Source: Raillietiella orientalis (lineage: Eukaryota). Taken from it: 64,000 bases of DNA. Shown here one piece after another: positions 1 to 13,277 of this stretch. The stretch is from contig JAYWIR010000004.1 of NCBI GenBank assembly GCA_036172245.1, forward strand, positions 5,332,001 to 5,396,000. Reading direction: 5' to 3'. Made by a program: the position numbers and the translations under genes. Numbering within the stretch: the stretch's first letter is position 1; each line of letters starts with the position of its first letter. The notes under the pieces are model-generated. The model was not told where the DNA came from and searched no databases. It worked only from the letters and a program-made list of their open reading frames with translations.

Positions 1-3000
1 GCTTCAGAGCCAGAGGGGTCGTCCTCCGATCCACTCGGCCCCCCTTGCTCAGGGTTCTCGACTGGCTGTTGGTTGCCTGGGAGACTCTCCCAAGGAACCT
101 CTGTCAGGCCCTTGGTTTCTGGGGATCCCGGGAGATTTTCTCACAAACCTCCCTCGGGAAGATAGGAGTCCAAGGGAAGGGAGGATGCGCAGGGAGCGCG
201 CCTTCCCCCCCATTACCCCCCCCCCCTCTCTTCACGTCTACCGCTCGTCTTCGCAGCGCTCGTCTTCGCGTCCGCAACGAAGGCGGACGCATCCGACACA
301 ACGGCGGCAGCGGGGTCGCGAGTCAGCCAGATAGCTCGTTGGCGACGCCTTTTACTGCTTTCCACCCCCCACCCCGCCCCTCCTTGCCTCCGTCAAATCG
401 AGCACGGATGTCTGCTTGCGCAACAGTGCGACCAGCCGCCACGACCGCCTCGCCGGCGTCGTCGCGGCAGTGCTGTTGCGCTACGGACGAAAATCCCGTG
501 CTCGAAGAGAGTGTGCGGGATGCTGAGGGAACGATCTGTGGATGATGGCAGCAGGGCTGCAGACTACAAGTGCCTTTCCTCTTGTCACCTCGTCCATGTC
601 ATCATTTCACGGTAATGTGATCCTGGAAAGTTTTTCCTCTCTCTCTCTCTCGTGAAACTAAGCAGCTCATGTTTATCGCTCAGCAGCAAATCGAGAAAAT
701 GAGTCGATGCGCTCTCGGCATTGTGCTGATGGCGCTTCCTGCGCTCTTCCTACTCGGTCTTCCCGCAGTTTCTCTTCTTTTGAAAAGCGAGGAAGCGAAA
801 CATTCGTATGTGCTCGGGATGTGCGTTTCCGGGAGCTCAGTCTTTTTTATCACTCGTGGGTCTCCTTGGCAGAGAGGGAGATGAGGAAGAAACGGTTTGT
901 GGGGCCTCGAGTCCGTGGTGGCGTAGTTTTTGGTGCTCATTGAACTCTCGTGCGCATGCCCACAGGGTAGCTTCGCGGCGCTGCTCTTTCGGCCTTTTTT
1001 GCAAGCATCCCCGACCAACATCATCAATTGTCCAGAAGCTGCGTCCGCTCAGAGCCCTGTAGAAGGGCATTCCGGGTGGACCTGCGAAAATTGCGCCTCC
1101 CGGTAGCCATGAGAAGCGCCGCGAGGAAGGGAGGTGACGGTGCGGGCAAACAATCGGGCCTTCGTTCTTCCGATGTTACTGGGGATACCGCGAGAGGACT
1201 GTCGTTTCTCCAGCTGGCGCAGTGATCGGGAAGGAGAGAGAGGACTCGGAAGGACAGAGGCAGCGCCATCTCCGCTCTTCAGGAGTGGGCATCGTTCCCG
1301 CCACCTTCCAGGAGAGGCGAGTGCTCTTTTTCCGCTCCCGACGTCTCCGCCGCACTGAGTTCCACGCAGAGCGGGCAGGAGCGGCGCAGCCGCCGGTGAT
1401 GAAGTTGGTGCAGACAGTGGTGGTCAGCGAGGCCGGGCGCTCCCCGAGTTCATCCTGGGTTATGCCCAGAATGTTCTCCTTCGCAGGACATGCTGGACAC
1501 AACCGGGGCTGCGATGGAGGGCCTCCGAATCCCTTTTCCCCAGCTCGCGCAGTCCACTGTGGTTCCCGCGGGTGGAGGGAGACCCAGTGCTAGTCGAGGA
1601 ATCGGCAGAGGGCAGGTGCCCCACCGGTTCCTTGCAGCCACCTGTGCATCGATCGAGGCAAGCGTCATTCGCTGACCTCTTCCTTGCCGTCCTTTCCGGG
1701 GACCTTCGGACAGGGAGTCCGGCCACAGCCCTCGTTTTCGCCGGCTTCAAGAGAGAAAGGGAGAAGGAAGAGGGGGGCACACCCTGCTGGGCGTCTGAGA
1801 CCCCCCTAGCCTCTTCCCACGAAAGAAGGTACTGCGCTCGCAGTGCTTTCCGGTGTTTTCAGGGCATTGAGTCACCCCTCGCCGCTGTCTCCAGAGTTGA
1901 CTCTGCCAACGTGACCCTGTAGTCATGAGGTCCGCTCTTTCGAGACCAGGGGCTCGTCCCCAGGCGATCCGCTTCAGCTCTGTGGAGCGCCCTGTCAGTA
2001 GCAGCCGCGGTAGACGAGCCACGCCTGGAAGATCGGGTGACCTATCCCGTCCCTTTGCAAATGTCGTCGCGGAACAGGGAGGGGAAAGGGAAGGAGGGGA
2101 ACGCTGGCGACGATCCCGGGGCAAAGGAATGGGGGAGCTGTGGGGTGTCCGGGGACCAGAGCCTCCCGGATGAGCCGTAGTTTCTGGCGATGAGGACGTC
2201 CAGGGAGGAATCCTCTCACTCCGGCCACGACAGTGGCAGACAGCGGAGGAGGGGAGGAGGAAGAAGAGGAAGAGGGCTGTGTGACCGAGAAAACGTGAGG
2301 TTCCAAGCTGCTTGGTGCTGCTCCGGGGACCTCGCGCCACCGAGAGGACGGAAGGAGGAGTCTCAAGGGGAGAGGGGTTCGTCGAGCTACGACCCTTGGC
2401 CACGAGGAGAGCGCGAAGCTGGTGACCTCTCAGTGAGCGGGGGGGAGGACACGGCCATCCTGGCGGAGGTGTGGGAAAGTGATGGTGCTATCCGTCTTTG
2501 AGGGACATCTGGGGTCACGGTGGGAAAAATGGATGAGTTATCTCATATGACAGGAGATATCCGGGTCCCGGAATAGGGGTGTGAGGTCCTCCCTCCCCAC
2601 TTTCGGGGCGTGGCAGGGAGGTCCCTCTGCCATCACCTCTTTCGCAAGCTGGAAGAAAAGGGAGCGGAGGAGCGCTGGGATGAGGAAAAGGAGGAGGGGG
2701 GGATGCAGCGCCCGAACCATCCCTTTACCGCGCATCCCTTCTGGCGACACTGCAGCGGCAGCAGAACAGTTTTGGTCGCTGCCTCTGCTGCGAGTCCGTC
2801 ATCTTTTGCTCCAGGGCACCCTCCGAACCCCGGTCGGAGCAGAACCGAAAACGAGAGAATAGCAGCGGGCGCGGCAAGTAATCCTTCCGCTGCTCCTCCC
2901 TCTGCCACCGTCCCCTCAGTTCATCTGAGTCCGAGGTTTCCTCCTTCCTTCCCCCGCAGAGTTTGGCCTGCTCCCAGCTGATGCCGTCTTTGCTTGCTGG

Positions 3001-3968
3001 CGTCAACCGCTTCTCCTTGCTGCTCCTCCTCTTCCGCTCTCAGGACTTGTCCCACCGCCCCCGCCTCCTTTTCCGCGCGTGCTCCCATGGCCTCTGCTCT
3101 CGCATCCTGCTCTCGTCCTCCTCCTCCTCCTCCGCGTGACCTCCGATCCTCGAGGACGCCATCCGTCTGCTCCGTCTGTCTGCGGCTTCCACATCTCCGC
3201 TCCTGTTTTCTCATTTCTTTATCCTCCTGTTCCGGCGTTTTTTGTTTTTTGTTTTTCATTTTTTCCCTTCCTCCCCCCTTCCTTTCTTTCCTCCCCCGTT
3301 GCTAAGCAACTGCAGACGTCTCACTGTCGCAGCCCGAGCCACCTTCCAGATCCACCTGTTCCTCTCTCTCCTTCCCTTCCCTATCCTGTGCCCTTTGCGC
3401 CCCTCCTCGAGCTGTGCCCTTTTGGAAACCTGCCCACCGGAACCTCCCCCCCCCCTTGTCGCTCCCTCCTGCTCACGCCATTCCTCCTGGGAGTCACCTC
3501 CGCAGCTCCTAAGACATCCTCGAAAGAGGCGCGTGGGATGAGAATGGTGGAAGGAACCCCGAAGGAAACAGCGAAATTTCCTCTTCCCACCGCTCTCCGG
3601 TCGTTTCCTGGGGACTCGGGGAGGGAGGACGCTGGTAAAGAAGCAGAAAAGTGCCTCCGAATCCAGGAGACACCATCCTCGCGGATGGGGCAGGGGGATG
3701 GGAGAGAAAGGACACACGGCTCGCTCCCTTCCCTGCGTCTCGCGAGCAGTGCGCACTGCCTTCGGGGATCCCGGGGCGAACTCCGTACCCGTCGCCTTCT
3801 CTCTCCTCTCTCCTCAGACAGCAGCAGCGATCCCGGGAGCCTCTCTCAGGGTGGGTCGTGAACTTTGCGCACGCGAGGGGAACGCCTCGCGCGCGTTGGG
3901 GCACGCCCCCCTTCCCAGCACGGAGCTGTGCGGCGAGCGAGGGACGTCCAGAGGAGAGGGCGAAGTTG

Positions 3969-3982
3969 ATGGGGGAAGCCAG
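3969..3982 (+). CDS. qvr: Candidate first coding exon of qvr (ATG GGG GAA GCC AG|GTGAGT)
   Basis: Strong donor AG|GTGAGT at 3983 in phase 2, matching the phase-2 acceptors at 12333 and 12504. Joining to 12334 gives an uninterrupted 182-aa ORF ([13 protein letters not shown]...). No in-frame ATG exists in the 12334-12671 exon before the signal peptide. Inferred; needs transcript support. Confidence 0.4.
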
Positions 3983-5723
3983 GTGAGTCCCCTCCCTCCT
4001 CCCCAATGGGGGGCGCATGCAAAGGAACGCCAGGCAACGGCAGGGATCCGCGACGAGAAACACCCGGGGTTGCTTTGTGATCACCGACAGTCCCCCCCCC
4101 CATGCGCTCGCCTTGGGAAGGAGACCCCTCCTACGAGAAGCTTCCTTCGAAGCGTCTTGCAGGCGAAGGGGAAGCCGAGGAGGAGGAGAGCTCCGCCGCC
4201 GACCGACCCGAGGGTTTCCCAGGCAGGAAAGACCGTGTCGTGGAGATTTGTTCCTCCCTATCGCTTGCCCACCAGCTTCAGGAGTGCCGCATCTCTTTTC
4301 TTCTCGGTCCTTAGGGGCCAAAAGGACTGTCCTGACGGTTTCCCGGAAACCTCTTACTTTTCCCTGGAGGAAGGTGAGATGAGGCGGCCACCGGTCGGTC
4401 AGACGAGCAGTTTCGATATCCTCCGAGTAACGTGCGGCACGGTCGGATCGGGAAGGGAATTCTTCCTGCGGCCCGAAAAAGTGACGCAGGTGAATCTACC
4501 CCTCTCTTCCTTCTCCTTCGTTAGTCAGACCACGAACGCAATTTGGCACTTCAGCCAAAAAAAAAAAAAATTCTTCTTCGAGACCTTTTTTTACGTTAGC
4601 CATCAGGGGGACTCTGATGTATGGTTGTGCTTAGACATCCGCACAGACATTGGCAAATCATCTCCCCGCTCCGATTTAAAATTATAACAAAGTCATTTTT
4701 CTTCTTCTTCCTTCAAGGAAGCATTCGAAGTTGTTTCTGTTGAGCCTGGCACAAACGCAGCGTGCAGAGTGAGCAGACAGATGCTTGGATTTTCTCTTTT
4801 TCTCCCTCCCCTGCGAGGGACCGGCATGTCAGCGATGAAAATGCGAGGGATCAAGTGGGTAGAGCTGTGGGAGGGATCACGCCCGCAGAGGGGCTCAAGA
4901 GGAGCAGCGAAAACGATCGGTGCTGTCAGCGACCGACCAGCTCTCCTCGACCGACGAGACCGCGGAGATGCTCGCCGACGGCAGAAGCCCCAGGCTTCCA
5001 GCAAGCCTCCTCAAGAAGCAAGGAAGGGTTCGGGGAACAGGCTGAGAGAGTGTTCTTGGTCTCCAGGCCATGGCGACGAAAAGCGTCAAGTCCAGACTCC
5101 CTAAGACCGGTTTCAGCGCTCGAAAAAGATGAGTTTTCCGCTTGTGAACACTTCCTCCGAGATTTCCCACGGGCTCAGCCCTTCGCCGATGGCCAGCCGT
5201 CTCCTATAAGGAGGGCTCGCATCATCCGCGAAAGAGCGCTCCCATTTTGACGCTCAGTAAGAACGTGGTATTAGCGGCACTGTTTAATCGTTGGTCGATA
5301 GCCGCCTCCGTCCGTGCCGTGCACTCGCTAGCCGCAGCTTGCTCGCCGAATGGCCAGCGGCCATTCGGCCGCAAGGGCAGCTGGTACTTCCTCGTGAATT
5401 TCCTCTTCGCCCCAGAGCGTCAGAATTCCGGGGAAATCTCTTTGAATTTGCCAGTCTGCGGGACTCTCCGTGATCGCTATCCTCCTTCTCCAGGAGAGAC
5501 TGTCGTGTTCCCGCTGCGGCTCAGACAGGAAGGGCGAGACCGGTCGCGTGTTTTCCGAGATCAGTCGCTCGCTCCCCTTCTTTCGGATGTTTGAAGACCT
5601 CTCGTGCAAATGGGGATGGCGAGTTTCGCTCGCTCTTCCGCGTGTCGCCCGCCTGCACTCCGGGTCTCGCATTCGATGCACCACCCGAGTTTACTGCAAC
5701 GCGCCTCACCTGATGGGTGCGTT

Positions 5724-5764
5724 GCGCACGCACGCACGCACGCACGCACGTGCGTGCGTGCGCA
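5724..5764. repeat. (GCAC)n/(GTGC)n palindromic microsatellite
   Basis: TGCGCACGCACGCACGCACGCACGCACGTGCGTGCGTGCGCA is self-complementary around CACGTG. Confidence 0.9.
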
Positions 5765-8700
5765 GCGGAGAGCAGGAATAAGCACGTCTCATTTATGCAT
5801 GTGTATCATGTGAGCACAGGTTTTCGAGGGCCGAATGCGTGAAAGTGCCTCTCAAGTGGAAGCTGAAACAGAGCTTCGCCACTCTTCGCATGCAATTAAC
5901 AACACCGCGCCAAGCTCTCGTGTTCTGGCGTCACAGCATCTCCGAACGGCGCTGAGCTCGAAATCTGCATTCAGTGCGCTGATGAACAGTCCATCTCCGA
6001 CAATGAGGCGGAATGGTTACTCATAAGAAGAGTACGAATCGAAGAGGCGTTCACCGGTGCAAAGATTTATTCTTGTCTGCAAGCTGAAAACGAACAAGGA
6101 ACTTTTCTATGCAGGAGACACATCCTTTTTTCTTCCCTCTCCCCCCCCCCCCCTCTTCTCTCTCTCCTTGCTCTTTCTTTTCTTTTCTTTCATTCGTTGT
6201 TTTTTTTTTTTTTTTTTTTTTTTTTTCCTGCAAATAATTTCCAGGAGAGATAATAAATTATAGGAAACGCTATTATAGGAAGCACTAAGTCAGAAGCCGC
6301 ATAGCTTTTAGCTCATGAGCTGTTTTTTGCTGCGCGGATATGCGGGAAAAGTTTCGTTTATAATTTACGCTGAACCCAGACAGCAATTTATCTTCGTAAT
6401 TAGAGTTCCATAAATGTGATCTGCAGTGGCTTCCTTAAAACTAAAAAAGGATGCGGGGAATTCCCACTCTCGGGAAATCTTTCACGAGGTTTCAGGAATC
6501 CCTCGCTCGTGTTTCGCGTGGGCCGCCAGGATTCGGCGCTCGCGACCGGGAAGCGCTCGAATTCCGGGTCAGGGTCGGCCCTCGGTGCCGAGCGTAGCCG
6601 CTGACGCTGGGCCGCTCGTGGGCCTTTGCCGCTGCCCCTGTTGCCTGCTCGTTGCCGCAGGCTGGGGGCAGCGTTGGAAGAAGAAGAAGAAAGAAATTTT
6701 TTGTAAGCCTGCAAGTCGCGAAGCCTTTACAAATAGTGGCAAACGCAGTCCGAATTGGGTTTCCACGGCAAGAGAAGAAGCAGCCGTTCGGGAAACGGAC
6801 TCGAAAGTGCGACTGCCAGCCTTTCTGCTCGCAAGATGACACAGAAGAGGGAGCCGATGTTCCGGGCATTCGATAGGAAAGGACCGAAAACGGCTCCATC
6901 CCGAAACGCTTCGATTAATTTGATTCCTCACCGTTTCTGGATGGTCAGCATAATCGGGCGAAAGCGTTTGTCGCTGACGAGGGATGCGTTCGAGATGCAG
7001 GGTGCGCAAAGACGGTCGAAAACCCCATCCCGAGCTGAGACTCGTCGTCAGGGAGAAATACGTCCATCCAGCGTGTGGAATGCTGATATTTGAAGTGAGC
7101 TCATCAGACGAACGCTCTGCTTCGGCCGTTGGATCAATGCTCTGTGTGCAGCTTACTTAGAGACGGTTTCCGAGGTTGCTATCCCTGCTGAATCTCTTAA
7201 TCTTCGACACACTCAGCAGAATTTTCAACCTTATTCAAACTGCATTCCGAAAATAGCTTTCAGGGCAAAGCAGTCAGCGCCAAAAGCTGGATGTGGTTAA
7301 ATTAAGCTTAATTAGGATCGTTAACATTCAGTTATGGGATTCGCATCCCGTTGCAACCGAGTCACGACGTTGCTCTTCGAACAGGGAAGCATTTTCTCGT
7401 GAGCACGCATCCTTCCTCATGTGCTGCTAATCTCTTTGCAGAATCGCACGTGGAAATTCCCGGTCGTCTGTTTGTCAGTGATGAGCACGAGATTTATTGG
7501 GGAGCTGTGTGACAATTTCTTGAACGGTTTTCAAGCCTCCCACTCGCATTTTAATGGCACAACAGCGTTTCATAAATTCGTTCCATGCTTTTTAAAGAAA
7601 AGGAAATTACGTGAAGCTGAACGTTTTTGGAAATCGAGAACTACGAAGAAGGAAACGGAGAATTTCCCGTCCCGTTACCAGGCTTTTGGAAACCCTGGAC
7701 GTCATCCCAGACGAGCCTCGTGGAGTTCGAGATTCGAAGCATTCGATTCCTACCATCAGCGCACCCTCCCTGTAACAGAAAACGGAACTATTTAATAAGA
7801 TGCGTCCGTCCTCTCTAATATCAAAATAGCCGCATTCGGTCAAAGCGCGGCAGAAAAATCTCTAGTCCGGGGATTTTTCGAGACGACTTTCTTCATCGCG
7901 AAAGTTTTGTCGGTCAATAAAAGGCTTCCCTTTTAGCGCTCCCATACAAAAACAGGGAAAGAAGAGTCTGCTTTGCTATCGCTTTTCGATTCTTCCTAGA
8001 CGCAAAAAATCTATAAGGGCCATAAAATCGAGCAATATCATGTCCAAAACCAGCATCTTCCTACGTAGCTGAAATAGGACCAGAGGCTGCAGCGTACTGT
8101 TTCAGCAACTTTTCAGCCCCATTCGCAGCATGGTGTAACAGCTACACCGCCTATAATGAATACCGGTCTGTGTGATGCTGCGGTCGCAAGTCGAATCAGT
8201 TCTGAAAGACAACTGTTCTCGTCTTCGAAAACTCTTTCAGGCAGGAAACCCCGTCCCCCCTCCCCAGAGATGGAACCAAGGACGAAGTAGGGTAAGAAGG
8301 AAGCATCGGATTTGCAATTCCAACATGTGGGGAAGAGAAAGCTGCTCCTTATCAAGGCTTGCTAAATCGTGCACGAACAAGCGAACCAAAGGACTACGGA
8401 AACGGAAGTGAAATCGTGGAGGTTTCCGGTTCTCTTCACTCCTGCCGAGTCGGTCGCTCGGACTGCGGGGAAGATGTTTCGAACTTGCGGGCCCCAGTTG
8501 AGCTACTGAAATTTTGGTTCCTCGAGACTCGAAGTCAGTGGCAAGGATCGGGGAAGAACCGCGCTCTCCGCACCATCGAAGCGAGTGGCAGCGCGCTCTG
8601 CAGTCTCCGACGGAATGAGAACGCCAGAGGGGACGGTCGCTCGAAGAGCTACTCGCAGAGAGGAACGTTGCGGCGCAGGACGAACCACATGAAAGCCACG

Positions 8701-8779
8701 AGGCAGATGCTCGCGGAGGAGACCTCTGAGAAGGGGCAAACGCAGAACGAGAGGGCGCAGCAGTGGCGTCCAGCGGCAG

Positions 8780-9250
8780 CTGCGAGTAAATGAGATTCCG
8801 ACCCATGTCGGTCACGGCGAAGAGGAAATTTTCTGGGAGTTCGCGGATTTTTCGCAAGTTGCACGGGAATTCCGCTTCTCGAGAGCCGCTTCGGAGAGGC
8901 GCGCCGGATGATTGAAAATTGATCGCTTTCAGAGGATAGGGAACCAGCAGAGGACCGAACGGATTGCTATCCCCGTCCCCTGTCTCCCTTTCCTCCTCCA
9001 AAGCCAGCCCCCAACGTATGAGACTATCCGGCGCCAAACCAAACCGCATATGGAAGGTTCCAACGAATCGCTCCCGTCCAGAGTTGGAGGAATCGTTCGT
9101 TCCCGCGCAGGCGGTGGTGGTTTCGAGCATGAGATTCCACTCACCCAGAACCCGAACCGGCGCTGTGAAACGCGCGCCCACACTCGACGTTGTGATCGAC
9201 AACCGCAGCGGTTGAGAAGTCTAGGTGTGCAGGCGAAACATCACCTCCGA
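8780..9250 (-). mobile_element. Possible APE-endonuclease remnant of a LINE inside the putative qvr intron 1
   Basis: VRVLGEWNLML (~IxxGDFNxxL) followed by RFGLAPDSLIR (~GLxDxxR). Confidence 0.3.
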
Positions 9251-12200
9251 CCCCGACGTGCCGAATGACGAAGGACCAGAGTGGCTCAGGGTTGCTGCCT
9301 CCTGTTGGGACGATGCAACTGCCGGGAAAACGAGAATCCACAAGCAGGCAGCTTCAGAATTCAGGCAGAGAAATACTAAAGGATTCTTCGCGTCGGTCGA
9401 CTTCTGCTTCTAGGCTTCTGGTGTCCTTTGACGCGCAGAAGCCGCTCTGCTACTTGCTTTCTGACCTTCACGTAAGGTTTCTGTCGTATCTGCTGATTCT
9501 GATAACTACATCCTCTGTCGCTGGTTTTCTTTTTTGTCCTCCCTTCTTGATCAGCGTCATCAGCCCCTCATAACGTCCTCGGAGTATTTCTTCCTAAGGT
9601 AACCACACTCTCGGATGTCTTTTAGACTTTAACTCCGGGTACCGTCTCCTGTATCCCCACGCTATCGCGGCAAAGAGCTTGCTATAAAATCAGAAAAGGG
9701 GGCAAGTTTGGGGTAAGATCCCAGGAGTTGACCGATTTTTTCACCTCGAGCAGCTCCGTGCCGCGTCTGATCTGTTTCATCGACCAGAAAGAGAGACTCT
9801 CATGGAAGAATTGAGGAAGCAACTCGAGAAGATTTATTGTCGAGAACTCGATGAAAGGACGAGCTGGACTCCGGATAAGTACTTTGGAAGACGGAGACTT
9901 CTCGGAGACTGGAAGCTGCGCTAGAGTCTCCTCATCCTGAAGGACATCTGGGGGCGTGACTTTGTCCTTACGTGATCCCTTTCTCGAAGTGAGAGCCGAC
10001 CGGTCAAGAGAAAGGTGGCGTCCTCTAGGGCTTCCGAGTGCCTTCCCCGCCATAGGTCTTCGGATCCTGTGGCTCATCCTGCATTCCCATCTCCAAACGC
10101 TGCCGGTTGCCAGGCCGTCCGCCTCCTCCGTCACGAATTCCGGAAATCTCTGACCAAGGAACGGAAGACGCCTCTTTCTCTTCGCTCTTGATAGCTGGGA
10201 GCAACTGAGGCGCTCCTCTTTATCGGGTGCGGAGAGTCGGACGGAATTTTCCGCCATTGAATCCAGCGTTCTTCGGGTTCGCGTCCAGAATCACTCCAAA
10301 GAGGCGACACTTCCAAGGCGGTCCCATCAACTGCCCTCCAAAGACTTCAAACGCTTACCGGGAACCCTCCGAATCCGGGGAAGCGACGCCGTCCTCAGTA
10401 GCTCCTGCTCGTCGCATCAGGAAGAGGGTGCGCTTCCGACACTCCGGCTACATCTGTTGCAGGGCCTTGGCAGCCCTTTCGCTACGTGCTGCCCGTGCCT
10501 TCGAGACACCTCTCTGCAGATGCCAACGAGTCTCGAAGCTTGCGTTCGCACGCGGTGGATCGCCGGGTTTTTCCTAGGCGCTGATGGGTGCTTCCTGCTT
10601 TTACCAGTCGTAGATGCTCGAGGAGAGACTAGTCCGAAAATCATGGAGAACCACCAAGAGCGTCTCTTCGTATTGTGGCGCGGCATGGAGACTACCTGCA
10701 TACCTGCGTTTCATAACTTTCCGTGTATTTGGAAGACTCCTCCAGAAGTCGGCCCCTCCGCAACAGATCAACCTCTGGAGGCACCGCCGCCGGTGCTCAG
10801 CACGCTGCCAGATCTCCGCCAACGCTCGACGGGATGTTGTCTCTGTGAGTCGCGAGGGATGTGAAGAAGTGCTCCAGGATGCGTTCGCAGACACCTTCCT
10901 CCTCGCTTCTTTGCGGCACGTTGATGTCTCAGAAGAGCTGTCCCTCGTTCACTGCATAGTCCTCCTCCAGCAGCTTCTGGTAATCGAGCGGCTTCACGCC
11001 TGCCCTTCCGTGCAAAATCTCCCGCATGCATCTTTCTCTTTCGGTCTTTCTTCCAAGTCTACAAAGATCCTTGTCATGTCCTTCATCCTACGCAGGCAAT
11101 CGTCGATGAGACTCGCCTGCATCTTTCTCTGGCAAGTGCTCCTTCGGCGCATGGATGCAAAGGCACCTCCACTAACTCCTGGACCGCCCGCCGAGGGTTT
11201 GCGAAGGTTGCTCGCCCTCCAGCCTTCATGTCCTCTTCGGCTTCCCGTCTTGCAGACGCATCGTCACGGAGCCCGGCTGGGATGCGAGGGGAAACAAAGA
11301 GTAGCAGAAAGTTGCTGCTCCCACCCATGGCTGGTCTGGGACGGGGAGACGAGGGAAGGGGAAGCAAACACTCGGCAGCGCACAGCGCCAAGGTTTCGCC
11401 ATGTGGCACGAAATCTATCGAACCACCGCCTTCGTTCGCTCTGCGAAGAAGACGCCGCAGTTTGCTTCTTGGCTTCCGAAGGGAACAGTCGGCGCTCCCT
11501 TCGCGGTGTGGGTCCTGCAAGTTCGATTCCGGGATCCAGGAGGAATTTGGCCAGGAGCGGGAGTGAGTTCGCGTCCACTCGGGCGATCACAGGTTGTCGC
11601 GTGCTGGAGAGCGCAGAGGAGGACTGCGATCTCGCTGCTGTATGACAGTGGTGCATCGCTGCTGGGGCCTAAAGCTCAAAATCGCCTACAGCGTGATGCC
11701 GCGCGAATGATCGTGGGTGATTCGGGAGAGGGAGAGGCTGCTGCTGCTGCCGCCACCCCCATACTTCTGCCTTTCTGTCCTCCGGAGCCTTGGTTTCCTC
11801 CTCCTCGCACAGACCTGCTCTTACGCGCCGTACGCGCACTCAGGAACAGCGCTGCTGCCCTTCGCCCCTTTCCGTCCCGAGCGGTGGCACCGACAACTCG
11901 AAAGCGCCTGCAGTGGGACCTTCTTTCCGCCGCTCCTGCTGGCGCCAACCCGGAAACGCACGGACGCAGCAGCAAGAGGATCCATTCCCTATCCTCTGTG
12001 GCCGACGAAGGGGCTCCTCATGAGAGCAAGACGGGCGTGCCTCTTCTCTGCCGAGAACGTCCCAGAGAAAGGCGGCCGCTCTCCCACTTTCGCATTCCGG
12101 ACTGCGCTGCCGACTCTTTGAGGGCACCGGCGCATTCTTCGACCGTCAGCTTGCTTCCTCCTCTCTGGGTCGTTCTACGCGGAAGCAAGCAGCTCCAGAG

Positions 12201-12333
12201 AAAAAGCTGGCGATGAGAGGAGGTGGCTTGACGAGCGACTCACTGGCAGCGACCTCCCGGCACCACCGGGGAACCGGCGGTTCCGGGACGCCGGCCGGTC
12301 CATTTCTCTCTGCGCACCTCACCTCCCTGGCAG

Positions 12334-13277
12334 CCACCGTTCCTTGTCCAAACCTCGTCCGGGAAGAAGGAAAGGAGCGGCGGCGGAAGGGGCTTCCCTG
12401 CCTTCCTTCCTCGCCCCCTTGCTGCCCCAACGCTCTGAGGCCAGTCCTTCCCTTCCCCTGCTCCTCCTCCTCCCTTTTCTCCTCTTCCCCCTTGCACCCT
12501 GCAGCCGCCTGTCTTGTACTTCAGGTTCTACGGTCAGCTGCTTCGAGTGCAATAGCCGCAGCGATACGCGCTGCGATGACCCCTTCAACTTCTCCCTCCC
12601 GCTGGAGCACCTCCCTCCGTTGAAGGACTGCCATGGATGCTGCGTCAAGCTGGTGCAGTACGACCACTCTCGTGAGTTCCATATTCGTCCTCCTCTCAGC
12701 TCTTTCCCTCCTCCGCCGGCGGAGGCAGGGATGCGGAGCCGCAGCTGCTGCCCCAAGGGCGGTGGCGGCGAGCAGACAGGCGGTGCTCGCGTGGGACAAC
12801 TGAGGAGGATTTTTCACTTCCGGTCCTGCCTCGGCACCTCTGATGGGGAGCGACCAATAGGAGTCGACCTCCGCTCTCCTTTTCCGTGGTCGTGCGCGGA
12901 CAGGACCGGCGCGCCTCTCGCGCGCGCTCCCGGGACGCCCGTACGGCGCTGCCTCCGTCCCTCCTTCCCCCGCCTTTTGACCGCTAAGGGGTCGGGGAAG
13001 GGAAGGGTGATCTCTGGACCCGCGCACGCTCGTGGGAGAAAGGACGTGAACTGACCTGCGGTCTTTTCCCCTGCCCCCAGCCCAGCGGGTCGTGACAAGG
13101 ACGTGCACCTCCAAGATCCGCATCAACCTCTTCATGGTGGACCACGTGTGCATGATGGAGGGGTCCGGAGAGGGCCACATGTGCTTCTGCGAGGAGGACA
13201 TGTGCAACGGCTCGCGCCACCGGCTGAGGAACCTGTCCGTCCTGAACGCCCTCTTGGTGGTCCTGGTGAACCTCTGA
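12334..13277 (+). CDS. qvr: Quiver/Sleepless orthologue (Ly6/uPAR three-finger, GPI-anchored Shaker/nAChR modulator). Core exons are 12334(or 12505)-12671 and 13081-13277.
   Basis: The spliced translation ...[96 protein letters not shown]... matches Drosophila Qvr as recalled (CYECDSWTDARCKDPFN...CNGCCVKMV...[13 protein letters not shown]...[12 protein letters not shown]). Intron 12672-13080 is GTGAGT..CCCCAG, phase 1. An in-frame hydrophobic signal ([15 protein letters not shown]) lies upstream and there is a hydrophobic GPI-type C-terminus ([14 protein letters not shown]). AATAAA at 14090-14095. Confidence 0.93.

Noticed and set aside
699..884. Hydrophobic ORF MSRCALGIVLMALPALFLLGLPAV as the qvr signal exon
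   Set aside because: No suitably placed phase-2 donor was found after the hydrophobic stretch.
3079..4687. Long ORFs (260-329 aa) in GC-rich sequence
   Set aside because: Low-complexity Pro/Arg/Ser translations on both strands with no domain motifs, as expected by chance at high GC.
10614..12216. 343-aa and 271-aa plus-strand ORFs
   Set aside because: No recognisable family. They lie within the putative qvr intron and are probably antisense to decayed retroelement sequence.
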